Position numbers and translations under genes: made by a program. Source: an uncultured Gemmatimonadales bacterium (GTDB lineage: Bacteria > Gemmatimonadota > Gemmatimonadetes > Gemmatimonadales > GWC2-71-9). Taken from it: a DNA stretch of 64,000 nucleotides. Position 1 is the first letter of the stretch, and each line of letters opens with the position of its first letter. Under the pieces are notes generated by a model. The model was not told where the DNA came from. It worked only from the letters and a program-made list of their open reading frames with translations, and ran no database searches. Below are positions 17,549-26,874 of this stretch, in pieces. Location: NCBI GenBank assembly GCA_963748815.1, contig CAVVKJ010000010.1, positions 480,001 to 544,000 of the forward strand. Direction: 5' to 3'.

Positions 17549-17803
17549 GTGCCCCGCATCAAGTCCGCCAAGAAGCGCATGCGCCAGACCAAGGTTCGCA
17601 CTGCCCGGAACAAGTCCCAGCGGAGCCAGCTGCGCACCTCCGTCAAGAACGTCCGCACCGCCACCACCAAGGCCGAGGCCACCAAGGCCCTCGCCGAGGC
17701 GGCGAGCCTGCTCGATCGCGCCGGACGAAAGAACCTGGTGCACCCGCGGACGGCCGCGCGCCAGAAGAGCCGTCTCGCCAAGGCCGTGAACGCCAAGGCG
17801 TAG
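17549..17803 (+). CDS. rpsT: 30S ribosomal protein S20
   Basis: PRIKSAKKRMRQ...RTSVK...HPRTAARQKSRL. GAGG SD before GTG 17549. Confidence 0.97.
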   Translation: MPRIKSAKKRMRQTKVRTARNKSQRSQLRTSVKNVRTATTKAEATKALAEAASLLDRAGRKNLVHPRTAARQKSRLAKAVNAKA

Positions 17804-17828
17804 CCCGCCGGCTGATCGCATCAACGAC

Positions 17829-17857
17829 ACGGGGCCCGGCATCTTGCCGGGCCCCGT
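17829..17857. terminator. Hairpin between convergent genes (probable bidirectional terminator)
   Basis: 13-bp perfect stem ACGGGGCCCGGCA-TCT-TGCCGGGCCCCGT. Confidence 0.75.
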
Positions 17858-17881
17858 TGTGCGTGCGGTGGACCGGCGCGG

Positions 17882-18808
17882 CTAGAGCGCGGCCAGTTCC
17901 GCGCCGCAGCGCTCGCAGTACCACTCCGTCGGCCGGTTGAGCGTCCCGCATTCTCCGCACTTCAGCGTCTTCGGCGTCGCGGCCTGGCTCGGTCGCTCCA
18001 GTCCCGCGCCCGGCTTCGGCGGCTCCTCCGACGGCGGCGCGCCCGCGCCGCTCTGGCGCGGCGTCGCCCCGCTGCCGCGGGGGGTCACCGGCTGTTCGTC
18101 CGCCATCGACTTGATGAACGCGAGGTCGTCAGGCGAGGGCTCGGGGCGAGACGGAAATGGAATGGTGCGCGGCGTCGACGGCTCGGACGTCCGCCCGCTC
18201 GTCCTCGGTGTGAAGCGGGGGGCGCTGGGGATCACGGGGGCGACCGGTTCGGCCGGAGCCTCCGCCATCGGAATCAGCGGCTCCCAGTCTTCCGCCTCGC
18301 TCGCTTCCTCCACCACCGGCGCCGCCGGCTCAGGCGCGGGCTCCTCCTCCGCTTCCTCGGGCTCCTCCGGGGCGGCCGCGATGAGCGCCTGGACCTCGCC
18401 CAGCCGGGTGATCTCGTCGCTCACGCGGGCGAGTTCCTCCCGGACGTCGATGAGGACCCGTTCGCTCCCGCCGCGCACACGCTCCCACTCCGCCTCTTCG
18501 TACTCCCCCACCGCGTGCCGCAACTCCGCCTCCGCCAGCGTTTCCTGCGCCTTCGCCTCCTGGGTGGCCAGGTCGTCCTGGCGCACGCGGAGAGTGGCCA
18601 GCTGCTCGGCGACCGATTCGGCGTGGGTACGCAACTGCTCGATGACCTGCTCGAGGCGCGCCGCATAGTCGCCGCGAATCTTGTCCCGCACCGCCGCCGG
18701 CGCATCCGATCCCGTCGAGTCGAGCCGCGTCAGCCAGGTCTGGAACCGCGCGCGCTCCTCGAGGAGGGCGTCGATCGGGTTGTCGGATTTGGGGGTCGAT
18801 TTCGCCAT
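17882..18808 (-). CDS. Hypothetical protein: coiled coil, E/P-rich linker, C-terminal zinc ribbon
   Basis: Heptad-rich N half, disordered linker and CGECGTLNRPTEWYCERCG at the C-terminus. Confidence 0.8.
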   Translation of the reverse strand: MAKSTPKSDNPIDALLEERARFQTWLTRLDSTGSDAPAAVRDKIRGDYAARLEQVIEQLRTHAESVAEQLATLRVRQDDLATQEAKAQETLAEAELRHAVGEYEEAEWERVRGGSERVLIDVREELARVSDEITRLGEVQALIAAAPEEPEEAEEEPAPEPAAPVVEEASEAEDWEPLIPMAEAPAEPVAPVIPSAPRFTPRTSGRTSEPSTPRTIPFPSRPEPSPDDLAFIKSMADEQPVTPRGSGATPRQSGAGAPPSEEPPKPGAGLERPSQAATPKTLKCGECGTLNRPTEWYCERCGAELAAL

Positions 18809-18948
18809 GGTCGGACTTCCCTCTCGTGACGGCGGACGCCAGGTCGGCTGGCGGCACGGCGGACGGGCGCAACATGCGCCGAAGGGCGCTTCTGCCAAAT
18901 GTAACGTGGTACTTGGCGGGGGGAACCCCGCCGGAGCGCCCAGGCGGG

Positions 18949-20239
18949 TTATCCGCCCCGGATGTCGAAGACGATCCGGCCCCGCACCACCGTCTGGTGG
19001 GTTCGGCCGACCAGCTCGGCGCCCGCATACGGGGTGTTACGGCTCTTGGAGAAGAAACTCCCCGGCTGCACGACCCAGCGCTCCGCGGGGTCGAAGACCA
19101 CCACGTCGGCGGGCGCCCCGACGGCCAGCGTGCCGCCGGGCAGATTGAAGATCCGCGCCGCCTGCGTGCTCATCCGGTTGATCAGCTCCGGCAGCGAGAG
19201 CACGCCGGGCTCGACCAGGTCACGCATCGCCACGCCAAGGGCCGTCTCCAGCCCGATGATCCCGTTCGGCGCGTGGTCGAACTCCCGTTCCTTGGCGTCG
19301 TAGTGGTGCGGGGCGTGGTCGCTGGCGATGACGTCGATCGTCCCGTCCTTGAGGCCCTGCCGGATCGCCTCGACGTCCTCCGCCTCGCGCAGCGGCGGGA
19401 TTCATCTTGGCGTTGGTGTCGTACCCCGCGCACCGTTCGTGCGTCAGCGAAAAGTGGTGCGGGGTCGCCTCGGCGGTGACCCGGATGCCCTGCTCCTTGC
19501 CCCGCCGGATGAGCTCGACCGAGCCGCGCGTCGACATGTGGCAGAGATGCACGTGCCCGCCCGTCAGCTCGGCGAGGATGATGTCCCGCGCCACCATGAT
19601 CTCCTCGGCGGCGGCGGGAATCCCCTTGAGGCCGAGGCGGGTGCTGACGAGCCCTTCGTGCATCGCGCCGCCCTGTGCCAGGCTCATCTCCTCGCAGTGA
19701 TTGGCCACGGGGATGCCGAAGGTGCGGGCGTACTCCAGGGCGGTCCGCATCATGTGGCTGGAGGCGACCGGCTTCCCGTCGTCGCTCACGGCCACCGCGC
19801 CGGCGCCGACCAGCTCGCCGAACTCCGCCATCTGCTCCCCGCGCTGCCCCAGGGTCACCGCGCCGATCGGGTAGACCCGCGCCTTGCCGGCGCGCTGCGC
19901 CTGGCTCACGATGAAACCGACGGCGGCCTGGTTGTCGGTGACCGGGTCGGTGTTCGGCATGGCGCAGACGGCGGTGAAGCCCCCCGCCGCCGCCGCCATC
20001 GCGCCGGACGCGACGGTCTCCAGGTCTTCCTGGCCCGGCTCGCGCAGGTGCACGTGCAGGTCGATGAGCCCTGGCGCGACCACCTTGCCCGCGGCGTCGA
20101 TGATCGTGGCGCCGGCCGGCGCCTCCACCCCCCGCCCGACCGCCGCGATCTTGCCGTCCTCGACAAGGACGTCCGCCACCCCGTCCGTCCCGCGGGAAGG
20201 ATCGATGACGCGGCCACCACGAATCAGGATCGATGTCAC
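18949..20239 (-). CDS. pyrC: Dihydroorotase (single +1 frameshift near 19398, likely sequencing error)
   Basis: [14 protein letters not shown] and KMNP(PLR), with ASDHAPH and GLETA in the shifted frame. Span is 3n+1. Confidence 0.93.
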
Positions 20240-21210
20240 GCGGCTTCCCCTCGTGCGGCGGCGGCCACCGCTCCGGTGCCGCCGGCCAGTAGATACAGGA
20301 CCGCCATCCGCACCGCCACGCCGTTGGTGACCTGCGGAAGGATGACGCTGTGCTCGCCGTCGGCCACGTCGCTGTCGATCTCGACCCCGCGGTTCATCGG
20401 CCCCGGGTGGAGGATGACGAGGTCCTTCGGCGCCCGGGCCAGCCGGTCGCGGGTGACGCCGAAGACGCGGTTGTACTCCCGGAGCGAGGGAATGAATCCC
20501 GCCTGCATCCGCTCCAGTTGCAGCCGCAGGACGTTCAGGGCGTCGGCCCAGGCGATGGCATCCTCGATGCGCGGCAGCACCGTGACGCCGAGCGCCTCGA
20601 TGTCCCGCGGCAGCAGCGACGGCGGTCCGCAGACGCCGACCTCGGCGCCCAGCTTGGTCAGCCCCCAGATGTTGCTGCGCGCCACTCGGCTGTGGAGGAT
20701 GTCGCCGCAGATGGCCACCTTCAGCCCCTCGATGCGCCCGAACTTGTCGCGCAGCGTGAGGAGGTCGAGCAGCGCCTGGGTCGGATGCTCGTGCTTCCCG
20801 TCGCCGGCGTTGATCACGTTCGACGCGATCCGGTCGCCCAGGAACTTCGCCGCCCCCGAGGAGCCGTGGCGGATGACCACCATGTCGATCCGCATCGCCT
20901 CGAGGTTGCGCGCCGTGTCGACCAGCGTCTCCCCCTTGGACACGGAGGACCCGGCCGAGGCCACGTTCACCGTGTCGGCCGACAGGCGCTTTTCGGCGAA
21001 CTCGAAGGAGATCCGGGTGCGGGTGGAGGCCTCGAAGAAGAGGTTGACGATGGTCTTGCCGCGGAGGGCCGGCACCTTCTTGATGGCCCGTTCGCTGACT
21101 TCCTTGAACGGCTCGGCGGTGTCGAGGATGAACCGGAGCTGCGCGGCGCTCAGCGTCTCGAGGCCGATGAGATCCTTCCCGAGGGCCAGCGCGGCGGCGT
21201 CAACCGACAC
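20236..21210 (-). CDS. pyrB: Aspartate carbamoyltransferase catalytic subunit
   Basis: [33 protein letters not shown] and HPGPMNRG. Confidence 0.97.
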   Translation of the reverse strand: MSVDAAALALGKDLIGLETLSAAQLRFILDTAEPFKEVSERAIKKVPALRGKTIVNLFFEASTRTRISFEFAEKRLSADTVNVASAGSSVSKGETLVDTARNLEAMRIDMVVIRHGSSGAAKFLGDRIASNVINAGDGKHEHPTQALLDLLTLRDKFGRIEGLKVAICGDILHSRVARSNIWGLTKLGAEVGVCGPPSLLPRDIEALGVTVLPRIEDAIAWADALNVLRLQLERMQAGFIPSLREYNRVFGVTRDRLARAPKDLVILHPGPMNRGVEIDSDVADGEHSVILPQVTNGVAVRMAVLYLLAGGTGAVAAAARGEAA

Positions 21211-21739
21211 GGGCAAGCTCCACGGAGTCTCGGCCGTCCAGCTCGGAGACGAAGACGTCCACGCGTTCGCCGGGACCGACGCGGACCGTCTGGCCGGCGA
21301 TGTCCGGCTGGATGGGGAGTTCCCGGCCGCCCCGGTCGACGAGGACACAGAGCAGGATGCGCTGGGGCCGGCCGAAGTCGGCGAGCTCATCGAGGGCGGC
21401 GCGAATGGTCCGGCCGGTGTACAGCACGTCGTCCACGATGACGACCGTGCGGCCGTCGAGGGAGCCGGGGAGCTTGGTCTCGCCGACCACGGGGCCGACG
21501 CCGACGGTCTGCAGGTCGTCGCGGTACAGGGTGATGTCGAGCTTGCCGAGCGGCACCGGTCCACCCGCGGAGGCCTCGATCAGTCGCCCGATCCGCTCCG
21601 CGAGCTCCACCCCACGGCGCTGGATCCCGACCAGCAAAAGGCCCTCCGTTCCATGGCATCGCTCGACGATTTCAACGGCCATGCGCGCCAAGGTGCGTGC
21701 GATGGCTCGTTCATCGAGCAAAGGGGAACGTGAGGGCAT
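21200..21739 (-). CDS. pyrR: Pyrimidine regulatory protein / UPRTase PyrR
   Basis: [31 protein letters not shown] and DRGGRELPI. Confidence 0.96.
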   Translation of the reverse strand: MPSRSPLLDERAIARTLARMAVEIVERCHGTEGLLLVGIQRRGVELAERIGRLIEASAGGPVPLGKLDITLYRDDLQTVGVGPVVGETKLPGSLDGRTVVIVDDVLYTGRTIRAALDELADFGRPQRILLCVLVDRGGRELPIQPDIAGQTVRVGPGERVDVFVSELDGRDSVELARVG

Positions 21740-21748
21740 CGAACGGCA

Positions 21749-21777
21749 AAACTAGCGGGGCGTGCGGGGCGAATCAA
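21749..21777 (-). promoter_or_regulatory. Putative promoter of pyrR-pyrB-pyrC
   Basis: TTGATT-N17-TAGTTT, 9 nt before the ATG. Confidence 0.6.
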
Positions 21778-22370
21778 GCGCGCGGCGCCCAGAGCGGCAG
21801 CCGCGTCAGCAGGAGGACGACGAGGACCAGGCCAAATCGCTCCGGCGTCGTGGCGTCCTTCTTGACCAGCCAGAGGAAGTGGAACACCCCGCCCGCTGCC
21901 GCCAGGTAGACCAGCTGATGCAGGCGCTGCCAGCGCCGGCCGCCGAGACGGCGGACCATCCCCCGGGTGGAGGTCAGCGCCAGGGGGAGCATCAGGACCC
22001 ACGCCGTGAACCCGGCCGTGACCCAGGGATGCTCCATCACGTCCTTGCGGATCATGGCCAGCGAGAGCGACTGGTCGAAGACCAGGTAGGTCAGCAGGTG
22101 GAGCGTGGCGAGGAAGAATGCAAAGGTGCCGAAGAGCCGGCGGAGCCGGATCACCTCATTCCACCCGGTCAGCCTGCGAAGCGGGGTCATCGACAGCGTG
22201 AGGAGGAGGCCGACGAGGGCCCCCTTCCCCGTCCACTCCTGGATGGTCCGGACGGGGTCGCTGCCGAGGGAGTCGTGAAAGGCCCCCCAAGTCAGCCAGG
22301 CGGGGATCCCCAACCCGACGGCCCACACCACCGGCTTGACGGCCCAGCGGACCACCTGCGCTCGGCTCAC
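21774..22370 (-). CDS. msrQ: Protein-methionine-sulfoxide reductase heme-binding subunit
   Basis: TPLR, RRLFG, HLLTY, PLALTS and WQRLHQLVY. Adjacent to msrP. Confidence 0.93.
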   Translation of the reverse strand: MSRAQVVRWAVKPVVWAVGLGIPAWLTWGAFHDSLGSDPVRTIQEWTGKGALVGLLLTLSMTPLRRLTGWNEVIRLRRLFGTFAFFLATLHLLTYLVFDQSLSLAMIRKDVMEHPWVTAGFTAWVLMLPLALTSTRGMVRRLGGRRWQRLHQLVYLAAAGGVFHFLWLVKKDATTPERFGLVLVVLLLTRLPLWAPRA

Positions 22371-22377
22371 GACGCGG

Positions 22378-23283
22378 TCAGTAGTTGGTGCGGAGATTCA
22401 TGCCGGCATACAGGCTGGCCACCTGGTCGCCGTAGCCATTGAACATCAGGGTGTCCTTCTTGAAGAACTCGCCCACGGGCCGCTCGCGTGCCTGGCTCCA
22501 GCGCGGATGGTCCACCTGCGGATTGACGTTGGCATAGAACCCGTATTCACTCGGGACCGCCATGTTCCAGGTGGTCATCGGCTGGGTTTCGAGGAGCCGG
22601 ATGCGGACGATGGCCTTCCCTCCCTTGAACCCATACTTCCACGGGACCACCAGGCGCAGTGGGGCGCCGTTCTGGTTGGGGAGCGGCTTGCCGTAGAGCC
22701 CGGTGGCCAAGATGGTGAGCGGGTGCATCGCCTCGTCGATCCGCAGCCCCTCGACGTAGGGCCAGGGGAGGATGTCCTGCCGCTGCCCCGGCATCTGGGC
22801 GGGGTCGTTGAGGGTGGTGAACTCGACAAACTTGGCCTTGCTGGTCGGCTCGAGCTTGCGCAGCAGGTCGGCAAGGGAAAAACCCAGCCAGGGTACGACC
22901 ATCGACCATCCCTCGACGCAGCGATGCCGGTAGATGCGCTCCTGCGTGGGGAGCGGCCGGATCAGGTCGTCGTACTCGAACCGGCCGGTGCGCTTGGCCG
23001 CCCCGGACACCTCGATGGTCCACGGCGACACCCGCAGCGCCCCGGCGAGCTTGGCCGGTGATTCCTTGCTGGTGCCGAACTCGTAATAGTTGTTGTACGT
23101 GGTGATGGTGTCGTACGGCGTGGGCTTGAGGTCGTCCGGGCCGGCGAGGGCGCGCAGGCGCGGCGGCAGCAGCGCCCCAAGGGCGACGCCGCCGGCAGCG
23201 GCGACAAAGGCGCGCCGGTTGACGTAGACCGATTCCGGGGTGATGGCAGATGCGGGGAGGTCCCCGCCGCGGCGGATAAGCAC
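22378..23283 (-). CDS. msrP: Protein-methionine-sulfoxide reductase catalytic subunit
   Basis: Tat motif [38 protein letters not shown] and [10 protein letters not shown]. Confidence 0.97.
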   Translation of the reverse strand: MLIRRGGDLPASAITPESVYVNRRAFVAAAGGVALGALLPPRLRALAGPDDLKPTPYDTITTYNNYYEFGTSKESPAKLAGALRVSPWTIEVSGAAKRTGRFEYDDLIRPLPTQERIYRHRCVEGWSMVVPWLGFSLADLLRKLEPTSKAKFVEFTTLNDPAQMPGQRQDILPWPYVEGLRIDEAMHPLTILATGLYGKPLPNQNGAPLRLVVPWKYGFKGGKAIVRIRLLETQPMTTWNMAVPSEYGFYANVNPQVDHPRWSQARERPVGEFFKKDTLMFNGYGDQVASLYAGMNLRTNY

Positions 23284-23343
23284 AGGTCAGGCTCCGGAGG
23301 ATGACGCTAACTATACGCTGAAGTCCGGCGGAGGGTTCCCCGA

Positions 23344-23375
23344 AGGCGGGGAGGCGGGGAGGCGGGGAGGCGGGG
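23344..23375 (+). repeat. Tandem 8-mer (AGGCGGGG)x4
   Basis: Four exact copies read directly. Confidence 0.9.
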
Positions 23376-23399
23376 CCGAAGGTGCGGCCCCCTACTATG

Positions 23400-23562
23400 G
23401 GTGTCTACAGGCGGTCTCACGGAATTGGTTAACCGTGGGCGTTCCTGGCATCCCGCACGTTGGGTCGAATTCGTTTGAATAGGGGTGGGCATATGCCCAC
23501 CCCGGTCGATGGGCCCACGCATGCGGTTGCTTTCAACGGGTCCGCGTCGCTACAGCGACACC
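23400..23562 (-). ncRNA. Putative rod-shaped ncRNA, 6S RNA-like
   Basis: Nested complementarity of both ends, a central unpaired region and an apical 9-bp hairpin. G-U pairs work only on the minus strand. About 165 nt, directly downstream of tRNA-Ser(GGA). No covariance search was run. Confidence 0.55.
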
Positions 23563-23593
23563 AGCCGAGCCGCGGCTTCAGCCGCGATAACAG

Positions 23594-23682
23594 CGGACAG
23601 GGAGGGATTCGAACCCTCGAAACGGCGTAAACCGTTTACACGCTTTCCAGGCGTGCCTCTTAAACCACTCGAGCACCCGTCC
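23594..23682 (-). tRNA. tRNA-Ser(GGA)
   Basis: GGACGGG acceptor stem, anticodon arm CACGC-CTGGAAA-GCGTG, long variable arm and GGTTCGAATCC T-loop. CCA not encoded. Confidence 0.96.
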
Positions 23683-23708
23683 AGGACGGCCGACTTCAGC
23701 CGCGGGGC

Positions 23709-23737
23709 ATACTAGCCGCGGGATGGGGTGAGGTCAA
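23709..23737 (-). promoter_or_regulatory. Sigma70 promoter of tRNA-Ser(GGA)
   Basis: TTGACC-N17-TAGTAT, the same hexamers as the rpsT promoter. Confidence 0.75.
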
Positions 23738-23755
23738 CGTCCTGCACGCGCCGCC

Positions 23756-25384
23756 TCACTGCGCCTTGGAGTCCTTGAGGAACCGGATCCACTCGCCGCG
23801 ATCGGCCATGCGGTTGTCGATCGGCGTCGGGGGGAGCGTCGAGGGGATGTGTTCGTCCCACCATTCCCGGGCCCTCGCCGGGGTCCACGGGGAGTCAAAG
23901 CGGAGGCCATCCAGCATCCCCATCAGCGCCTCCGCATCGGCCGGGCGGTCGTTGGGCGCCTTGGCCATGCAGGCCAGCACGACGTCGTCGAGCTCCGCCG
24001 AGACCGGGTATCGGGCTTTGGCCGACGGCCTTGGCGGAGGCGCGTTGGCCTGCTTGAACAGCATCTGCACGGTGTTGGTGGCGAAGAACGGAAGGTCGCC
24101 CGTCAGGAGCCAGTAGGCCGTGCATCCGAGGGCGTAGATGTCCACGCGGTGGTCGACGTCCGGGTCGCCGAGCGCCAGTTCCGGCGCCATGAAGGCGGGG
24201 GTGCCGGTGAGCGCGTCGGCGGCGGTCAGCTTCATGTCGGCCGGCTCGCTGGCCACGTTTTCTTTCACGAGGCCAAAGTCGAGCACCTTGACGAAGTCCA
24301 CCTCCACCCCGGCCCTGCAGGCGAAGAGGTTCGATGGCTTGATGTCGCGATGGACGAGGTTGCGCCGATGCGCCTCGGCGAGGGAGAGGCAGGCCTGGCG
24401 GAGCAGGTACACCACCCGTTCGCTCGGCAGCGGCCCGAACTTCTTCCCCATGTCCTCGAGACTCATGCCCACCAGCAGCTCCATCGCGTAGAAGAAGCTC
24501 CCGTCACCGGTCGGCCCAAAGTCATAGAGCGCAATGGTGTGGGGGGAGGTGAGCCCCGCCGCCGCGGCCGCCTCGCGGCGGAAACGCTCCATCGCGGTCC
24601 GTGCCGTTTCGGCGCTGACGCCCTTGATGTTGTCGGTGCGGATCAGCTTGACGGCCGCGGGCCGGGCGAGGAGCTGGTGGGTGGCGTGGAACACCTGTCC
24701 CATGCCTCCCTCGCCGAGCAGCTTGCCGAGGCGGTAGGCCCCGATTTCCCGCGCCTTCTTGACCGCCTGGCCCAGCTCCCGGATGAGGCGGGCCGGGAGC
24801 ACGGCGATGGCGGCTGAGAGGAAGGGGGGCACGACCAGCACGGCCACGGAGATCGATTCGGCGGGCAGCGCCACGCCGCGGAACCGGGCCATGAGGAGCG
24901 CCACGGGCACCGTCATGGCCGCGAGGAGGGAGACTACCAGGGTGCGCCGGGGCGACTCCGCGACAATCAGCGGGTACAGAAGAATGATGATGTTGACCCA
25001 CGACAGCCGTCCAGGCTGCGAAATCGGAACCCGTGCCTCGAGGATGGCCAGCATCAGGCAGGTGCCCACCATCAGGAGGGCGGCGGCGTCGCGCAGCCAG
25101 TGCGATCGCGGCCCCACCCGCCGGGCGACGAGAGCCAAACCCACGCCGCCGAGGATGCCGGCGAGGGCGAAGTACCGCCCCGGTTCCGGCCAGGTCGCCT
25201 CGAGATTCGGCATCGCCGAACTGAAGAAGCGCCCGGCGATCCCCATGAACACGATGATGACAAGCCAGATGGCCGCGATCGCCAGCCCCGCAACGCCGAT
25301 GCGCTTGCGGGCTTCCTCGAGCAGGTCGTCCGGGAGGAAGGTCGAGGAGGCGAGCAGGCTCCGCTGGCCGGTGGGCATGGTCAT
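23756..25384 (-). CDS. Hanks-type Ser/Thr protein kinase with N-terminal multi-TM domain
   Basis: About 6 TM helices, then GEGGMG, AVK, HRDIKPSN, DFG, GTPAFMAPE and DIYALG. Confidence 0.93.
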   Translation of the reverse strand: MTMPTGQRSLLASSTFLPDDLLEEARKRIGVAGLAIAAIWLVIIVFMGIAGRFFSSAMPNLEATWPEPGRYFALAGILGGVGLALVARRVGPRSHWLRDAAALLMVGTCLMLAILEARVPISQPGRLSWVNIIILLYPLIVAESPRRTLVVSLLAAMTVPVALLMARFRGVALPAESISVAVLVVPPFLSAAIAVLPARLIRELGQAVKKAREIGAYRLGKLLGEGGMGQVFHATHQLLARPAAVKLIRTDNIKGVSAETARTAMERFRREAAAAAGLTSPHTIALYDFGPTGDGSFFYAMELLVGMSLEDMGKKFGPLPSERVVYLLRQACLSLAEAHRRNLVHRDIKPSNLFACRAGVEVDFVKVLDFGLVKENVASEPADMKLTAADALTGTPAFMAPELALGDPDVDHRVDIYALGCTAYWLLTGDLPFFATNTVQMLFKQANAPPPRPSAKARYPVSAELDDVVLACMAKAPNDRPADAEALMGMLDGLRFDSPWTPARAREWWDEHIPSTLPPTPIDNRMADRGEWIRFLKDSKAQ

Positions 25385-25394
25385 TCGAGGTTCC

Positions 25395-25712
25395 TCAGGC
25401 GGACGCGGCAGCGCGTCGTTGGCGTTCGGCGTGCAACGCGGCGGATTCCAGCGTCGAACTGCCTCCGAGGCTGACGAGCCCAAGCCCGAGGCCCTTGAGG
25501 GCGTTCTCCCAGAGAATGGCGCCGGTGACCGGGTCAAGGCAGAAGAGGTAGCCACCGGTGGCCGCGAGCAGACGCTCCCCCTGCACCCCGACGGTCACGA
25601 AGCTGCGACCCCGCACCTTGGTGCGCCAGACCTCTCGGCCGGTGGCCCCCTCCAGGGCGACCACATGGCCCTGCGCTCCGACGTAGATCCGGTCCCGCGG
25701 CATCTCCGGCAT
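25395..25712 (-). CDS. Small PQQ-like beta-propeller repeat protein
   Basis: Two repeats, VVALEGATGREVW and LFCLDPVTGAILW. About 105 aa, no signal peptide. Confidence 0.75.
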   Translation of the reverse strand: MPEMPRDRIYVGAQGHVVALEGATGREVWRTKVRGRSFVTVGVQGERLLAATGGYLFCLDPVTGAILWENALKGLGLGLVSLGGSSTLESAALHAERQRRAAASA

Positions 25713-25792
25713 GGTGATCCTCCGAGCGAGTCGATTGGCCCCACGCGCCACGCCCTCTATCTTACATCAACCTTTCACCGGTGGGAGTCCCC

Positions 25793-26711
25793 ATGAGTCA
25801 CCTCGTTCTCGGCTTCTTCGTCCTGGTCATCGGCTCGCTCGTGCTGCTGGGCGCGGCGGGGATCCGGGCCAAGGGTCCGTCGCAAGGCGGCGCCATCGGA
25901 CGGGCGCTCGGCATGGGCCTCCTCGGGCTCGGCGGATTCATCCTGGTCACGCTCGGCCGTCGTGGTCATCCAGCCCGGCACGGTGGGGGTGCGGCACGCC
26001 TTCGGCACCGTCGATCCGACGGCCTTGCTGCCGGGCATCCGGTTCGTGACCCCCTGGTCGGAAATCGAGCGGTACTCCACCCGCGAGGAGCAGTTCCCCG
26101 AGGTGGGCGACGAGGCGGAGCGCATGGACGCCCTCTCGAGCGAGCAGATGTCGATGAAGGTGGACGCCGCCCTCCGCTACCAGATCGATCCGATCCTGGC
26201 GCCGCGGCTCTTCCAGGAAATCGGCGGGCAAGCGCAGATCGACAACATCGTCCGGAACGCCATCCGCAACGGCGTGCGCGACGGGATGGTCGAGTTCTCG
26301 ATCAACCAGGTCTCGCAGCGGAACCTGATCGCCCAGCGGATGGAGGACGAAGTCGACTCCGCGCTGGTGACCACGCCGCGCGAAGGAGGCGAGCCGTTCC
26401 GGATCGCCAAGGTCACGGCCTTCTACCTCCGCAACCTCGAGCCGCCCACGCAGGTGGTCCAGGCGATCAACAACAAGATCGCCCAGGAACAGCAGATCGA
26501 GACCGAGAAGCACCGGGTCGAGGTGGCGCGCCTGCAGAGCGACCAGCAGCGGCTGCTCAACCTGACGCTGACGCCCGAGCAGCTTACCAAGCAGTACCTC
26601 GAGGTCCTGCACGACATGAAGGGGTCGAGCAACATGGTGATCATGGTGCCGACCGAAGGCGGGATTCCGGTGCTGGATGTGGGGACGCTGCGGAAGAACC
26701 TGAAGGACTAG
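25793..26711 (+). CDS. SPFH/prohibitin (band 7) family membrane protein (+1 frameshift near 25951)
   Basis: Two N-terminal TMs in one frame continue into VVIQPGTVGV...PGIRFVTPW...QAINNKIAQEQ in the next frame. Span is 3n+1. Confidence 0.85.
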
Positions 26712-26712
26712 G

Positions 26713-26757
26713 AAGCGGGGAAGCGGGGCAAGCGGGGAAGCGGGGAAGCGGGGAAGC
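26713..26757 (+). repeat. Tandem 8-mer (AAGCGGGG)x5 plus a partial copy
   Basis: Five copies with one extra C after copy 2, directly after the SPFH stop. Confidence 0.9.
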
Positions 26758-26770
26758 AATGTCGAATAGC

Positions 26771-26841
26771 CGTCATCCCGGCGCAAGCCGGGATCCACTT
26801 TCGGCGAGGTCACTTGGACCCCGGCTTTCGCCGGGGTGACG
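26771..26841. repeat. Inverted pair of CGTC-tagged REP-like palindromes (REPIN-like)
   Basis: CGTCATCCCGGC-GCAA-GCCGGGATCCA on the plus strand and CGTCACCCCGGC-GAAA-GCCGGGGTCCA on the minus strand, 17 nt apart. Confidence 0.8.
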
Positions 26842-26856
26842 AATCGCGACGGAAGA

Positions 26857-26874
26857 GGACAGGGTGGGATTCGA
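26857..26874 (-). repeat. 18-bp copy of the tRNA-Ser(CGA) 3' end
   Basis: GGACAGGGTGGGATTCGA is identical to 26922-26939. Confidence 0.8.

Noticed and set aside
21740..21777. PyrR-binding attenuator upstream of pyrR
   Set aside because: Only 34 bp separate msrQ and pyrR, and no AGUCCNGUGAGG-type binding loop is visible.
23400..23562. SRP RNA (ffs) or tRNA-Sec as the identity of the structured intergenic region
   Set aside because: There is no CAGG-...-GGAA-...-AGCA domain IV motif, and no cloverleaf with a UCA anticodon.
26713..26874. CRISPR array
   Set aside because: The repeats are contiguous 8-mers or one inverted pair, with no spacers and no cas genes.
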